A stretch of 64,000 nucleotides of DNA. It comes from an uncultured Trueperaceae bacterium. Its GTDB lineage: Bacteria > Deinococcota > Deinococci > Deinococcales > Trueperaceae. The translations under genes were made by a program, and so were the position numbers. Positions 1-9,775 of this stretch are shown piece after piece (positions within the stretch are counted from its first letter, which is position 1; each line of letters opens with the position of its first letter). The notes under the pieces are model-generated. The model saw only the letters and a list, made by a program, of their open reading frames with translations, had not been told where the DNA came from and ran no database searches. Location of the stretch: contig CAWCXJ010000013.1 of the NCBI GenBank assembly GCA_963799485.1, forward strand, positions 160,001-224,000. Reading direction: 5' to 3'.

Positions 1-20
1 GTGACGCGCCGGGTTTCTAC

Positions 21-1226
21 ATGAACCACACGAGCAACCGTTTCGCCTCGCGGCGTGCCCAGAAGATGCCCGAAAGCGTGTTCGACACCTTTGACCGGGC
101 GAAGGCGCGGGCGCGGCGTGCGGGCCGGGAGATCATCGACCTGTCGATCGGCTCGTCGGACGTTGCGCCGCCTGAGGTCGCACTCGCCGCGCTCCGGGAC
201 GCGACCTACCGGCCTGAAACTTACGGTTACTGCCTCTTTAGCGGCACCGAACCCTTGCGGCGGGCGGTCGCGCGCTGGACGGCGCGGCGCTTTCTCTGGA
301 CACCCGACCCCGACACGCAAGTCGTGCCGCTGATCGGTTCGCAGGAGGGTTTGGCCAACCTGCTCCTGGCGACGACCGACCCCGGCGACGTGATCCTCGC
401 CCCCGACCCCGGTTATCCGTCGTACTACGGGGCGATGATGCTGGCGGGGCTCGAGCTTCACCGGCTGCCGCTCTTGGAGGAAAACGCTTACCTCCCTGAC
501 CTAAATGCGGTACCGACCGAAACCGCCCGGCGCGCCAAAGTCATGATTTTGTCGTATCCAAACAACCCGACGGCGGCGACTGCGCCCGAAGCATTTTTAC
601 GGGACGCGGTGGCGTTTTGCTTAAAACACAAAGTTTTGCTCGTTCACGATTTTCCCTACGCCGAGATGGTTTACGACGACTACTGCGCACCCTCTGTACT
701 GACGCACCCCGGCGCGCTGGACACTGCCGTCGAACTTTGCAGCGCCTCGAAGAGTTTTCACATGGGCGGCTTTCGGATCGGTTGGGCGGTCGGCAACGCG
801 GACGCGCTCGCGGCGCTTGCCAAGGTCAAGGGGGCAGTGGACTTTAACCAGTACCTGGGGATTCAGGCGGCGGTAGTGGCAGCTCTGGAACACGCCGAGG
901 CGGAGGTGCGGCAGGCTGCCAAGACCTTTCAAACCCGCCGCGACGCCCTCGTCGAGACGCTAAACGCCGCAGGTTGGCCCACCCCGCTCCCGCAAGCGAG
1001 CATGTACGTCTGGACGCGGTTGCCGCGCGGTTACACGGATTCGTTCTCTTTCGCCCTCACTTTGACTGAAAAGACCGGCGTGTGTCTGGCACCGGGGCGC
1101 GCTTTTGGCGAACAGGGTGAAGGCTACGTGCGGTTTGCATTGGTGCGGGAGCCGGAGGTGCTGGCGCGGGCGGCGGCGCAGATTCAGGCGTTTTGTGCGG
1201 CGGACACTCGACAGTCGAACGCTTAG
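21..1226 (+). CDS. PLP-dependent aminotransferase class I/II (LL-DAP aminotransferase/MtnE-like)
   Basis: Motifs YPNNPTA, HDFPY, SASKSFHMGGFRIG (PLP lysine), GYVRFAL. Confidence 0.88.
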   Translation: MNHTSNRFASRRAQKMPESVFDTFDRAKARARRAGREIIDLSIGSSDVAPPEVALAALRDATYRPETYGYCLFSGTEPLRRAVARWTARRFLWTPDPDTQVVPLIGSQEGLANLLLATTDPGDVILAPDPGYPSYYGAMMLAGLELHRLPLLEENAYLPDLNAVPTETARRAKVMILSYPNNPTAATAPEAFLRDAVAFCLKHKVLLVHDFPYAEMVYDDYCAPSVLTHPGALDTAVELCSASKSFHMGGFRIGWAVGNADALAALAKVKGAVDFNQYLGIQAAVVAALEHAEAEVRQAAKTFQTRRDALVETLNAAGWPTPLPQASMYVWTRLPRGYTDSFSFALTLTEKTGVCLAPGRAFGEQGEGYVRFALVREPEVLARAAAQIQAFCAADTRQSNA

Positions 1227-1546
1227 GGGTGTTTTTGGCCTCGCCGCAACACTAAAAGCCCTCGAGAGTTAATCGAAAAGCGCGCGCCCGGCCCCGGTCA
1301 CGAACTACCGGTATACGTCGCCGTAAAACCAAACCTGTAACTTGCCGCCGTGAGGTATGGGCCGCAAGACACAGGCCGTGAAATACATAGCGAAGTCGGC
1401 GGTGAAACTGCGGGTTTCGAGATCGGTGTCGCCGGCGCAGAAACGTTTCTGCCGATAGTACGCCGTGCGGTTCTCCTTGAAGAGTCACCGAAGACGCTGT
1501 GAAGTGCCTCGGTCGACCTCGGCAGCTACACCTAAACACACTGCCG

Positions 1547-2968
1547 TTACAAGTTGTAGGCTCTTTTCGCTAACCCGTAGGCGAGTTCACGGGCCAGCTC
1601 AGCGGCTTCTTCCTCGCTCAAAAGCCCTTTTACGGTCTCTCCGGCCAACCAGTTGCAACTTACGCGCCGCCACACGTCGTGCCGCGCCGGGATGGAGGCG
1701 AACGCCCGGGTATCGTCGTTAAAGCCTGCCAGGTTATAGATACCGGCGGTTTCGACCACCGCGTCAAAGTAACGCTCCATCCCCCTCACCGAATCGAAAA
1801 ACCACCAGGGTGGCCCCAGCCGCAGCGCGGGGTAGTGTCCGGCAAGGGGCGCGAGTTCGCGGCTGTAACTGCTTTCGTCGAGGGTAAAGAGGATGAGGCG
1901 GTACCCGGGCGTGTCGCCGTAAGCGTTGAGGAGCGGTTGCAGGGCGCGTGTCCACTCGGTGCGGAGCGGAATATCCGCGCCTTTGTCGAGCCCAAAACGC
2001 TCAAAAATCTTTTGATTGTGGTTACGGAAGCTGCCCACATGGAGCTGCATCACGAGCCCATCGTCGCAGCTCATGCGGGCAAACTCCATCAGCATGTGCG
2101 CCGTAAAACGGGCGGTATCGTCGCCTTCGGCGCACCCTGCCAGCGCACGTTCAAACAGCGCCGCCGCCGCGCCCCCCGAGAGCCTTTCGGTGCGAGGGGT
2201 CGGCGCGGCGTGGTCGGTCGCCACCGCGCCAAGCGCCTTAAACGCCTCACGCCTTACCGTGAGCGCCGCAATAAAACTTTCGTAACCCGTTATCTCGAGG
2301 CCGCTCAGCTCTCCCAAAGTATCTATGTCATCTTTCCAACCCGCCGCCGTGAGGTTGAGGAGCGCGTCCGGGCGAAAGGTAGGGCGCACGTTCGTCCAAC
2401 CTTCGTCATGCAGCGAGCTGTGGGCCGCCAAAGGACTCGTCGCCGCGTCGGTGGTGCAGAGGACTTCGATATCAAACCGCTTGAAAAGGGCTCTCGGCGT
2501 AAACTCGGGTTGCGCCAGCTTGTCTGCCACGGCGTCGTAAACCGCGTCGGCGGTGTCGGCGCTCAGCGGCTTTTCGACGCCGAAAACCTCGAGCAGTTCG
2601 CTTTTAAGCCACAACCCGGTGGGGGTGCCGCGAAAGAGGTAAAAATGTTCGGCAAAACGCTTCCAGATAGCGCGGTGATCGGTTTCGACCGGCGTACCGT
2701 CCAAGGTAGGGACGCCGAGCTGCTCGAGCGCTACCCCCTGGCTGTAGAGCATCCGGGTCACGTAGTGGTCGGGGATGACGAACAGTTCGGCGGGCGACCC
2801 GAAGCGGGCGTCCGGGTCGGCGAGCAGTTCGGGTGGCACGTGTCCGTGAGGGCAAACCAGCGGCAGCGCACGCACCTCGTCGTAAAGGCTCCCGGCGAGC
2901 TTGCGCTGCGCCGGTTCCGGTGAAAAGCAGCGCTCAGGTGAAAGTTGCGTGGTTTTAGGTGGGGTCAT
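1547..2968 (-). CDS. uxaC: Uronate (glucuronate/galacturonate) isomerase
   Basis: CPHGH metal motif, PDHY, CTTD, PTFRPD, QLHVG, GPPWWF, FNDDTRAF. Confidence 0.95.
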   Translation of the reverse strand: MTPPKTTQLSPERCFSPEPAQRKLAGSLYDEVRALPLVCPHGHVPPELLADPDARFGSPAELFVIPDHYVTRMLYSQGVALEQLGVPTLDGTPVETDHRAIWKRFAEHFYLFRGTPTGLWLKSELLEVFGVEKPLSADTADAVYDAVADKLAQPEFTPRALFKRFDIEVLCTTDAATSPLAAHSSLHDEGWTNVRPTFRPDALLNLTAAGWKDDIDTLGELSGLEITGYESFIAALTVRREAFKALGAVATDHAAPTPRTERLSGGAAAALFERALAGCAEGDDTARFTAHMLMEFARMSCDDGLVMQLHVGSFRNHNQKIFERFGLDKGADIPLRTEWTRALQPLLNAYGDTPGYRLILFTLDESSYSRELAPLAGHYPALRLGPPWWFFDSVRGMERYFDAVVETAGIYNLAGFNDDTRAFASIPARHDVWRRVSCNWLAGETVKGLLSEEEAAELARELAYGLAKRAYNL

Positions 2969-3465
2969 CGCGTCTCCTGTTCCAAATGCTTGACGATCTG
3001 CTCACTCAGCGCGGCGACGCTGTGCCGGATATCGAGGACAAGCACATCCGCGCCGGTGGGTTCCTCGAGCGCCGCGAGCTGACTGGCAAGCATCCCGGGT
3101 TTCATATAGTGAGCGCCACGGGACTCGAGCCGCGGCAAGATGTCCTCGGCGCGGCCTTTTAGATAGACGAAATAGACGCCTTCACGCCGCAGCACGCTGC
3201 GGTAACGCGACCTCAGCGCGGAGCCGGCGAGGATCAGCGAGTTACCGGCTTCGAGACTGCTGTCGATGAGCTCCCGCAAACGTTTAAGCCACGGTTCGCG
3301 GTCGCAGTCGTCCAGCGGAACACCAGCGGACATCTTGGCGACGTTTTCAGGCGGATGATAGTCGTCGCCGTCGGCAAACGTCCACCCTGTTCGGGCGGCG
3401 AGCGCCTGACCGACGGTGGTTTTGCCCGACCCGGCGACGCCCATCAAAATCACGACCTGCGCCAT
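2965..3465 (-). CDS. gntK: Gluconokinase (GntK/IdnK type)
   Basis: MGVAGSGKTT Walker A, DGDDYHP..N..KM..G.PL.D.DR.PWL, SQLAALEEP; start moved to ATG 3465. Confidence 0.93.
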   Translation of the reverse strand: MAQVVILMGVAGSGKTTVGQALAARTGWTFADGDDYHPPENVAKMSAGVPLDDCDREPWLKRLRELIDSSLEAGNSLILAGSALRSRYRSVLRREGVYFVYLKGRAEDILPRLESRGAHYMKPGMLASQLAALEEPTGADVLVLDIRHSVAALSEQIVKHLEQETR

Positions 3466-3896
3466 TACGCGCCCTTCCGAGGCCAGTGGACACAGCGCGC
3501 GATTTCGGGAAAAAGCACCAAGTCGGCGCGCCCTTTTAAGACGAGGGTGGTGACGTGTGCGCCCATTAGCTACCGGCGGGCCGCTGCGAGCGTCTTCCCG
3601 GTGACGCACACGTCGTCAACCAGCAAAACCCGTTTGCCGCGCAGCGTGGGCAGCTCGAGCGGACTCAAAAGCTCGGGTTCGGGGCGTTGCAGGCGGTTGT
3701 CCTCGGCGCGGTAGTTTAGCTGCAAGGTGTAAAGCGGCGTCTGAAGTTTGCAGGCCAAAAGCGCAGCCGGGACGCTGCCGCCTGTAGCCACGCCGATGAC
3801 GAGGTCTGTTTCCGGCAAGATAGCAGCATCCAAGCGGGCACGGATTTCGGGGAACTCGAGCCCCACCTTGGCCTGCTCAGCTTCAAGCCGACTCAC
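3465..3896 (-). pseudogene. Type I phosphoribosyltransferase with an in-frame TAG at 3570-3572
   Basis: VIGVATGG and VLLVDDVCVTGKTL (PRPP loop). The frame continues past the TAG as LMGAHVTTLVLKGRADLVLFPEIARCVHWPRKGA to a TAA overlapping the gntK ATG (TAATG). Confidence 0.8.
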
Positions 3897-5161
3897 GAGC
3901 TGCCCGCCAAACGGTAGAGCATCTCACCCGCGTTTTCAACGAGCAAAAGCCCCTCGTCTTCACGGTTTACCCAGTTCTGCGGGTCGAGCTCGAGGGGGTC
4001 GCGGTACCCCAGGTTGATACGTTTACAGACCTCTTCGGGAATACCCGTCGCCAACGTTACGGCGATGCGGGGTTTTTCAGTTCCAGCTTCGAACGTCCCC
4101 GCGCCCCGGACATGCGTCGAATGTGCCAGCACCGTCCACGACAAATCCTTGAACGCTTCCCACTGCCCTAAAAAGTAGTCGCGCACGTGATAGCCGACCC
4201 GCTCGATCTCCGCGCCGTGCGTCACGCTCACGTCTTTTAGGTGCGGCGCGTAGATAATCACCTCACCCCCGTCGGCGACGACCGGCTCGGTCTTGTACAT
4301 GGCTTTGGCGGCTGTCCAGAGGTCGTCGTACTGCACCGAGGGCAGCGACAACACGCTTTTGAACGACTGCGGTTTGTAGATGATGTTGAGCTTCGCGGAC
4401 AGGTCGGCAGCCGCCTCCCACGCCGTTACAAAGTCGCCGATGAAAAGTCCGTGCAGGCTGCTTTTTTGCATCACCAGCTTAAGACAGACGACCGGTTTTT
4501 TGTCGGCGACGAAGCGCGCGCCGTAGTGCAGCACCCGCCGCACCGCCGTATCCTTGACGCCGATGGTTTCGTAGCTCGTGGCGAGCGCGCCTAACCAGTG
4601 GGTACTGTCGATGATCTCGCGCCCGGCGATGCCGGGGAAGAGGTACTTCGCACCCCCTGAAAAACCCGCGACCTCGTGGGGGAAAACCGGGCCGACGATA
4701 AGGAGCGCGTCGTAGTCGTGAATCATCCGGTTGAGAGCGATGGGCGTTTCGCGCGCGACCAGGCCGTCGGTCAGCTCCTGCATTGCTGCGCTCGAGATGA
4801 CCCCCACCGTCTGAAAATTCATCGGGTCGTCCCAGCGGTGGTTGTAGACCTCGCTTTTGGGATAGTGCGCCGCGCGCTCTGCCGGACCTGCGCCGACGAG
4901 TTTGGTAATCGCAGCTTCGGACATCGGCTGATGGGTGCCGAGCGCAATCAAATAGTCGAGCCGCGCCACCTGTTCGCCCAAAACGCCGTAGAGCAGGCGA
5001 AACATCAGCGGAATGGGCGCGCTGCGAGTCCCGTCCGGGATGATGACCAGCACGCGTTTGTCCTTTAGGTCGGCGTTAGAGAGTGCGGTCTCGAGCAGCC
5101 CCCTCACCTGGTCCTCGCTGAGCGTCTTTGTTTCACTACCGTAACCTGCCAAAAGCGCCAT
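3893..5161 (-). CDS. LarA-superfamily (nickel-pincer nucleotide) hydroxyacid epimerase, probable D-gluconate/D-mannonate 2-epimerase (GntE-like)
   Basis: PDGTRS, ALGTH, FPHEVAGFSGGAK LarA motifs; lies between uxuB-like and gntK; start ATG 5161. Confidence 0.82.
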   Translation of the reverse strand: MALLAGYGSETKTLSEDQVRGLLETALSNADLKDKRVLVIIPDGTRSAPIPLMFRLLYGVLGEQVARLDYLIALGTHQPMSEAAITKLVGAGPAERAAHYPKSEVYNHRWDDPMNFQTVGVISSAAMQELTDGLVARETPIALNRMIHDYDALLIVGPVFPHEVAGFSGGAKYLFPGIAGREIIDSTHWLGALATSYETIGVKDTAVRRVLHYGARFVADKKPVVCLKLVMQKSSLHGLFIGDFVTAWEAAADLSAKLNIIYKPQSFKSVLSLPSVQYDDLWTAAKAMYKTEPVVADGGEVIIYAPHLKDVSVTHGAEIERVGYHVRDYFLGQWEAFKDLSWTVLAHSTHVRGAGTFEAGTEKPRIAVTLATGIPEEVCKRINLGYRDPLELDPQNWVNREDEGLLLVENAGEMLYRLAGSS

Positions 5162-5162
5162 A

Positions 5163-5993
5163 TCAGACCCCGCTAAACGCCGAAAAGCCGCCGTCAACCG
5201 GCACGACGACGCCGGTCACAAACCTTGAAGCGTCCGACGCCAGCCAGACTACTGTGCCGACAAGCTCTTCAGGTTCACCGAAACGCCCGAGCGGCGTGTG
5301 GTCGATGATGGTCTGACCCCGCGCGGTCAGCGTGTCGTCGGCATTCAGCAGCAGGTCGCGGTTTTGCTCACCGATAAAAAACCCCGGTGCCACCGCGTTG
5401 ACGCGCACGCCCGGCCCGTGCTTTTGCGCCAGGTCGACGGCGAGCCAACGCGTGAGGTTGTCGACCGCTGCTTTAGCTGCGCCGTACCCGACCACGCGTG
5501 TGAGCGGTTGGGACGCCGCCATGGACGAAATATTGATAATCGAGGCGCGCCCCGCTGCCGCCATCGCCTCGCCAAAAACCTGGGTAGGCAAAACGGTGCC
5601 GAGCAGGTTGAGGTCGACAACCTGCCGCAGCGCGCCCTCAGGCAGGTCGAAAAAGCGGCGGTCGCCGACGGCTGTCGCTTCGGGGAGGTTGCCCCCGGCT
5701 CCGTTGACCAAGATGTCGAGCTGTCCCCACTCGCTCATCACCGTGTCCAGAGCCCTGACCAGCTGCGTTTTCTCGAGTACATCGGCAGGGAGCGCCAACG
5801 CTTCGCCGCCGGCGCTTCGTACCCGCTGGGCTACGGCCTCGGCTTTTTCGCCGCGCCTGCCCAAAATACCGACCTTCGCGCCCGCCGCCGCCAGTCCGTT
5901 TACAAGCGCTCCCCCCAACACGCCGGTACCCCCGGTGACAAGCGCGACCTTGCCGGTCAGGCCAAAAGGGTTCATGTATACAGACGAACTCAT
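5163..5993 (-). CDS. uxuB: SDR oxidoreductase, D-mannonate/fructuronate oxidoreductase type
   Basis: TGGTGVLG, NGAGGN, PLTRVVGYGAAK (YxxxK), APGFF..EQNR.LL, typical of the UxuB-type SDR; operon context. Confidence 0.82.
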   Translation of the reverse strand: MSSSVYMNPFGLTGKVALVTGGTGVLGGALVNGLAAAGAKVGILGRRGEKAEAVAQRVRSAGGEALALPADVLEKTQLVRALDTVMSEWGQLDILVNGAGGNLPEATAVGDRRFFDLPEGALRQVVDLNLLGTVLPTQVFGEAMAAAGRASIINISSMAASQPLTRVVGYGAAKAAVDNLTRWLAVDLAQKHGPGVRVNAVAPGFFIGEQNRDLLLNADDTLTARGQTIIDHTPLGRFGEPEELVGTVVWLASDASRFVTGVVVPVDGGFSAFSGV

Positions 5994-7477
5994 GCGGATT
6001 CCTGCAGGGACCGACTGTGAGCCGCAAATGGCGTCAGGTGCTTTTTGAAGTGAGCATTCAGAACGTCGTAGTACGCTTCCTGTTCGGTTTGCAAAAGCCC
6101 CTGCAGCGCCTCCCGGTAGCGGTCGAGCGCCGAACCGAAGGTCACATGCAGCACCTGCCGGGCGTCGTCTTGGTTCAGCAGGGCGGGCAGCTCGGCGTCG
6201 GTAAGCTCGCTTTCGGCAGGGACGCGGCTGAGCGACGCCGAGACGTGGTAACTCTGTTTTTCGGTCTCAAAGCGCTCGCGCCCCAGCGCGTAGATCTCTC
6301 GGAACAGCTCGGGCTGATGCACACTGGCGACCCGGAGCGCCTCGAGGTAACTCGTCCCGGCGGTTTTGAGGTGAACGACGCCGCCCGTGGCCTCGGCGAT
6401 GAGCGGGTAAACGCTGAACTTGTCCGAACCGGAGTGCAGCGAGAGTTTATACGGTCCGAGCGCCTTGGCGAGCGCCGCGTGCCCTGAAAGGTCGCGTCTC
6501 AGTGCGTCCAAATCGCCTAAATAATCCACGCCTTTTTCAAACCGCCCGACAAAGCGGGGGGCGAGGCTGATCCACCGGACGCCGAGGCGAGCGAGCTCGA
6601 GCGCCACCACCGCGTGTTCGGCGTGGCTGGTGGGCGTTTCGGTCTCATCGACGGAGACCTCGAGTTCAAAGGGCACGCCTCTGTCGGCAAGGTGCCGATA
6701 CATCTTCGTCACGTGCAGCACGGCGCGTCCGTACTTGGCGGCGGCCCGCAGCACGTCTTCACGCTGAAGCGTCAGGGTGCGGTCGCTTAGCTCGAGGGAC
6801 TGCCCCGCGTAGGCTTCAAAGTCTTTTTGGGTGGTCTCGAGTTCATCCCAGGGGAGCGCCGCAACCATGTCGGCGATAACGCTTTCGTCTGCGTCATGAG
6901 CGCTGTCGTCCACGTGCTCGCCGGGGTCAACCGTAAAAAAGGTAAACCCGGCGGCGGCGCAGCGGCCTAAGTCGGCGGTTGTCTTCTGGTGGTCGGCGTC
7001 GGCTCCTAGCGGCCCACGCCAGCCCCCAGCGAACGCACCCCAGGTCGCGTCGTCCATGACCTCTTGCGGTGTGCGGTTTGTACGCGTCATCTCGCGGATC
7101 GACTGCTGCGCGTAGATCGGGGTGATGCCGCCGCCAGAATGCTGCATAGCGCGGACATGCCCCGGCGTGGCGACGCCCAGACGGTCGCCGAACCCGGCTG
7201 AGGTCGCCAGGCCGAGAGGTTTCGGGGTGAGCCACTCGAGCGCCTCCCTCAGCACGGCGGCGTTGACGGCATTTGGTTCGGCGTAGTGTACAAGGCCCGC
7301 GTCGGTCGTTTCGGTTTTTCCCTCGATACGTGACGCTAACGGATGCTCGCGCGGCGCGGCGACGCGAAAGGGGAGTGCGCCGCTCGGCTCGAGCCAGAGC
7401 GCCGCCCCCCCCACTTCGGTAAACGACGGCAGCTCACGAGCTGCGTCCGGAACGGGTAAAGGGTCGTATGACGTCAT
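5990..7477 (-). CDS. uxaE: Tagaturonate/fructuronate epimerase
   Basis: GFGDRLG.ATPGH, AQQSIREM.RT, GADADH, EVSVDET, FEKGVDY, SLHSGSDKF, HLKTAGTSYLEAL. Confidence 0.93.
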   Translation of the reverse strand: MTSYDPLPVPDAARELPSFTEVGGAALWLEPSGALPFRVAAPREHPLASRIEGKTETTDAGLVHYAEPNAVNAAVLREALEWLTPKPLGLATSAGFGDRLGVATPGHVRAMQHSGGGITPIYAQQSIREMTRTNRTPQEVMDDATWGAFAGGWRGPLGADADHQKTTADLGRCAAAGFTFFTVDPGEHVDDSAHDADESVIADMVAALPWDELETTQKDFEAYAGQSLELSDRTLTLQREDVLRAAAKYGRAVLHVTKMYRHLADRGVPFELEVSVDETETPTSHAEHAVVALELARLGVRWISLAPRFVGRFEKGVDYLGDLDALRRDLSGHAALAKALGPYKLSLHSGSDKFSVYPLIAEATGGVVHLKTAGTSYLEALRVASVHQPELFREIYALGRERFETEKQSYHVSASLSRVPAESELTDAELPALLNQDDARQVLHVTFGSALDRYREALQGLLQTEQEAYYDVLNAHFKKHLTPFAAHSRSLQESA

Positions 7478-7510
7478 CGAAACCTCCTGAGGCCGGCCTA
7501 ACGTGCGGGT

Positions 7511-8524
7511 TTACGGCGCGCTGCCGCGCACGATAAGGTTGGGTTTTTGAACCACGGGCACGTGATTTGACTCCGCCTCAGCCGACAAGCTGTCGACCAA
7601 GAGCTGCACGGCGCGGCGACCGAAGGCCGCTTTGTCAATTCCGAGCGTGGTGAGCGGCGGGTTCGTCAAGCTGGCCATGCGGATGTCGTCGCAGCCGACG
7701 ATGGCGAGGGTGCCCGGTACGTTTACGCCCAATTCGCTGCACGCGCGCAGCGCGCCGATGGCAACGAGGTCGTTGTAGCAAAACAGCCCGTCTAACGCCG
7801 GTACGTCCGCCAGCAGCGCCCGCGCCGCGCTGTAGCCGCCGGTCTCGTCGGGTGAACAGGGTCGGATGTAGAGGGGTTCGACCGCGCGCCCGGTGGTCTC
7901 GAGCGCTGTGCAGTACCCGGCTATCCTCAGTTTGCTGCTATGTGAGTGTTCCGGCCCTGCCAGGAAACCGACCTGCTCGCGCCCCCCGCCGAGCAGATGG
8001 TGAACCGCGCGCATGGCCCCGTAGAGGTCGTCGATTTCAAACGCAGGGACGTTGCTGCCGGGGATATGCCGGTTGACGAGCAGGGTGTTCTGTCCTGCAC
8101 CGATCAGGGTGCGCAGCTCGCTGTCGGGTAAGCGTGCGCTGCAAATGATTTTTCCGTCGACGTGCCGCTCCTCGAGCAACCTCAGGGTATTCGCTTCACG
8201 CTCGAGGCTTTCGACGGTGCTGCAGATGAGCAGTGCGTAACCGCGCTCCCAGGCCTCGTCTAAGGCACCCTGAATGATCTCCGAAAAAAACGGGTTGCTG
8301 AGGTCGGGTACGACAAACCCCACTGTGCGGGTTTCCCCGAGGGTCAGGGCGCGGGCGAGCTGATTGGGGCGGTAGCCGAGTTTAGCGACCGCACGCTCGA
8401 CTTTTTCACGGGTTGCCCGGCTTATCTCACCTTTGTTATTGACGACGCGGGAGACCGTCATGCTCGAGACGTTCGCCTCTGCCGCAACGTCGGCGATGGT
8501 AACGCGGGGCGTCCCTACGCCCAC
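7511..8524 (-). CDS. LacI family transcriptional regulator (hexuronate locus)
   Basis: TIADVAAEANVSSMTVSRVVN HTH, YRPNQLARAL hinge, PPLTT. Confidence 0.93.
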   Translation of the reverse strand: MGVGTPRVTIADVAAEANVSSMTVSRVVNNKGEISRATREKVERAVAKLGYRPNQLARALTLGETRTVGFVVPDLSNPFFSEIIQGALDEAWERGYALLICSTVESLEREANTLRLLEERHVDGKIICSARLPDSELRTLIGAGQNTLLVNRHIPGSNVPAFEIDDLYGAMRAVHHLLGGGREQVGFLAGPEHSHSSKLRIAGYCTALETTGRAVEPLYIRPCSPDETGGYSAARALLADVPALDGLFCYNDLVAIGALRACSELGVNVPGTLAIVGCDDIRMASLTNPPLTTLGIDKAAFGRRAVQLLVDSLSAEAESNHVPVVQKPNLIVRGSAP

Positions 8525-8550
8525 ACGCCGACACCTTTCGAGCAGTAGAA

Positions 8551-8708
8551 GTTACCGCTAACAGCCCCGTTCATGCCCGAAGTATAGGTACAAAGCGATG
8601 TTGTGTCAAGTGGAGAAAAGCGTTCCTGTCATTTTCTTTCTTCGTTATGTTGACAGCTTGACAAAGATGTGCTAGCTTTACACCAAGCTTGACTGTTAGC
8701 GGTAACAG
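8551..8708. promoter_or_regulatory. Divergent sigma70 promoters with two LacI-type operators
   Basis: CTGTTAGCGGTAACAG at 8693-8708 and an identical inverted 14-mer at 8551-8564. Plus promoter TTGACA(8650)-17-TAGCTT(8673); minus promoter TTGACA(8609-8604)-17-TATACT(8586-8581). Confidence 0.8.
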
Positions 8709-8786
8709 CGTAAATGACTGCTGCTTTCCCGGCGCTTGGACACCGCGGGAAGATACAGCTGCATAGGCTGTAGAAAGAGAGGATTT

Positions 8787-9770
8787 ATGAGCCGGATTTC
8801 ACGTCTGTTCGTAGGAGTATGTGTCGGGGCCGTTTTTAGTCTGGGGTCGCTGGGGTTAGCCCAAGAGCTTACCCTCCGCGCGGCCGACAATCAGCCCGAC
8901 GATTATCCAACCGTGTTGGGTCTTAAGGCGATGGCCGAATACTTGAGCGAAAACAGCGACGGACGCATCGAGATGGAGGTGTTTTCCGGGGGACAGCTCG
9001 GTGACGAGCGCAGCACCATCGAACAAGCGCAGCTTGGGGTCATCGATATCGTCCGCACCTCGACGAGTCCGGTAGGTGAGTTTTACGCGCCGATGGGTGT
9101 GTTTAGCCTGCCGTACCTGTTCCGTGACCAGGCGCACTTCGAAAACGTGTTGCAAGGCGAGGTCGGGCAGGAGTTGCTCAAGGGTTTGACCCAGAGCGAC
9201 CTTTTGGGCCTGGCGTACTACGACTCGGGTAGCCGTAACTTCTACACCACCGAAAAGCCTATCCGCAGCGTCGCCGACCTTGCCGGGTTGCGGATTCGTA
9301 CCCAGGAGAGCCAGGTCGTCCTCGATATGATGGAGGCGCTCGGCGCCGACCCTGTACCCTTGCCCTTTGCCGAGGTCTACAGTTCGTTGCAGACCGGCGT
9401 GATCGACGGAGCCGAGAACAACTTTCCGTCGTATGGGCCCGACGGGGTGCGTCACTTTGAAGTGGCTCCTTACTTTACGCTCGATGGACACGCCCGTGTG
9501 CCGGAAGTCGTGATGATCAGCACCACGACCTGGAACCGACTCAGCCCCGAAGACCAGACGCTCCTGCGTGAAGCTGCCCAAGTTGGTGCCGAGGTTGAAT
9601 TCGCGGCGTGGGCCGAACTCGAGGAGACGAGCCGCCAAGCCGTCATCGAGGCGGGCAGCGAGATTATCGAGGTTGACGTCGCCGAGTTTCAAGCGGCCGT
9701 CGCGCCGGTGATTGAAAAGTACGCGGCTGAATACGGAGACCTGGTTCAGCGTATTAAGGATACACAGTAG
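8787..9770 (+). CDS. dctP: TRAP transporter substrate-binding protein (DctP), probably uronate-binding
   Basis: Signal peptide, GQLGDE, DSGSRNF, GLRIR, YSSLQTGVIDGAENN. Confidence 0.93.
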   Translation: MSRISRLFVGVCVGAVFSLGSLGLAQELTLRAADNQPDDYPTVLGLKAMAEYLSENSDGRIEMEVFSGGQLGDERSTIEQAQLGVIDIVRTSTSPVGEFYAPMGVFSLPYLFRDQAHFENVLQGEVGQELLKGLTQSDLLGLAYYDSGSRNFYTTEKPIRSVADLAGLRIRTQESQVVLDMMEALGADPVPLPFAEVYSSLQTGVIDGAENNFPSYGPDGVRHFEVAPYFTLDGHARVPEVVMISTTTWNRLSPEDQTLLREAAQVGAEVEFAAWAELEETSRQAVIEAGSEIIEVDVAEFQAAVAPVIEKYAAEYGDLVQRIKDTQ

Positions 9771-9775
9771 CTGCT

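Noticed and set aside
1252..1539. 95-aa ORF or ncRNA between the aminotransferase and uxaC
   Set aside because: No RBS, motif or convincing structure
1679..2923. Long antisense ORFs (also 5298-6048, 8856-9692, 32334-32975, 45505-46680, 61589-62548)
   Set aside because: Shadows of well-supported genes on the other strand, expected in GC-rich DNA; no motifs
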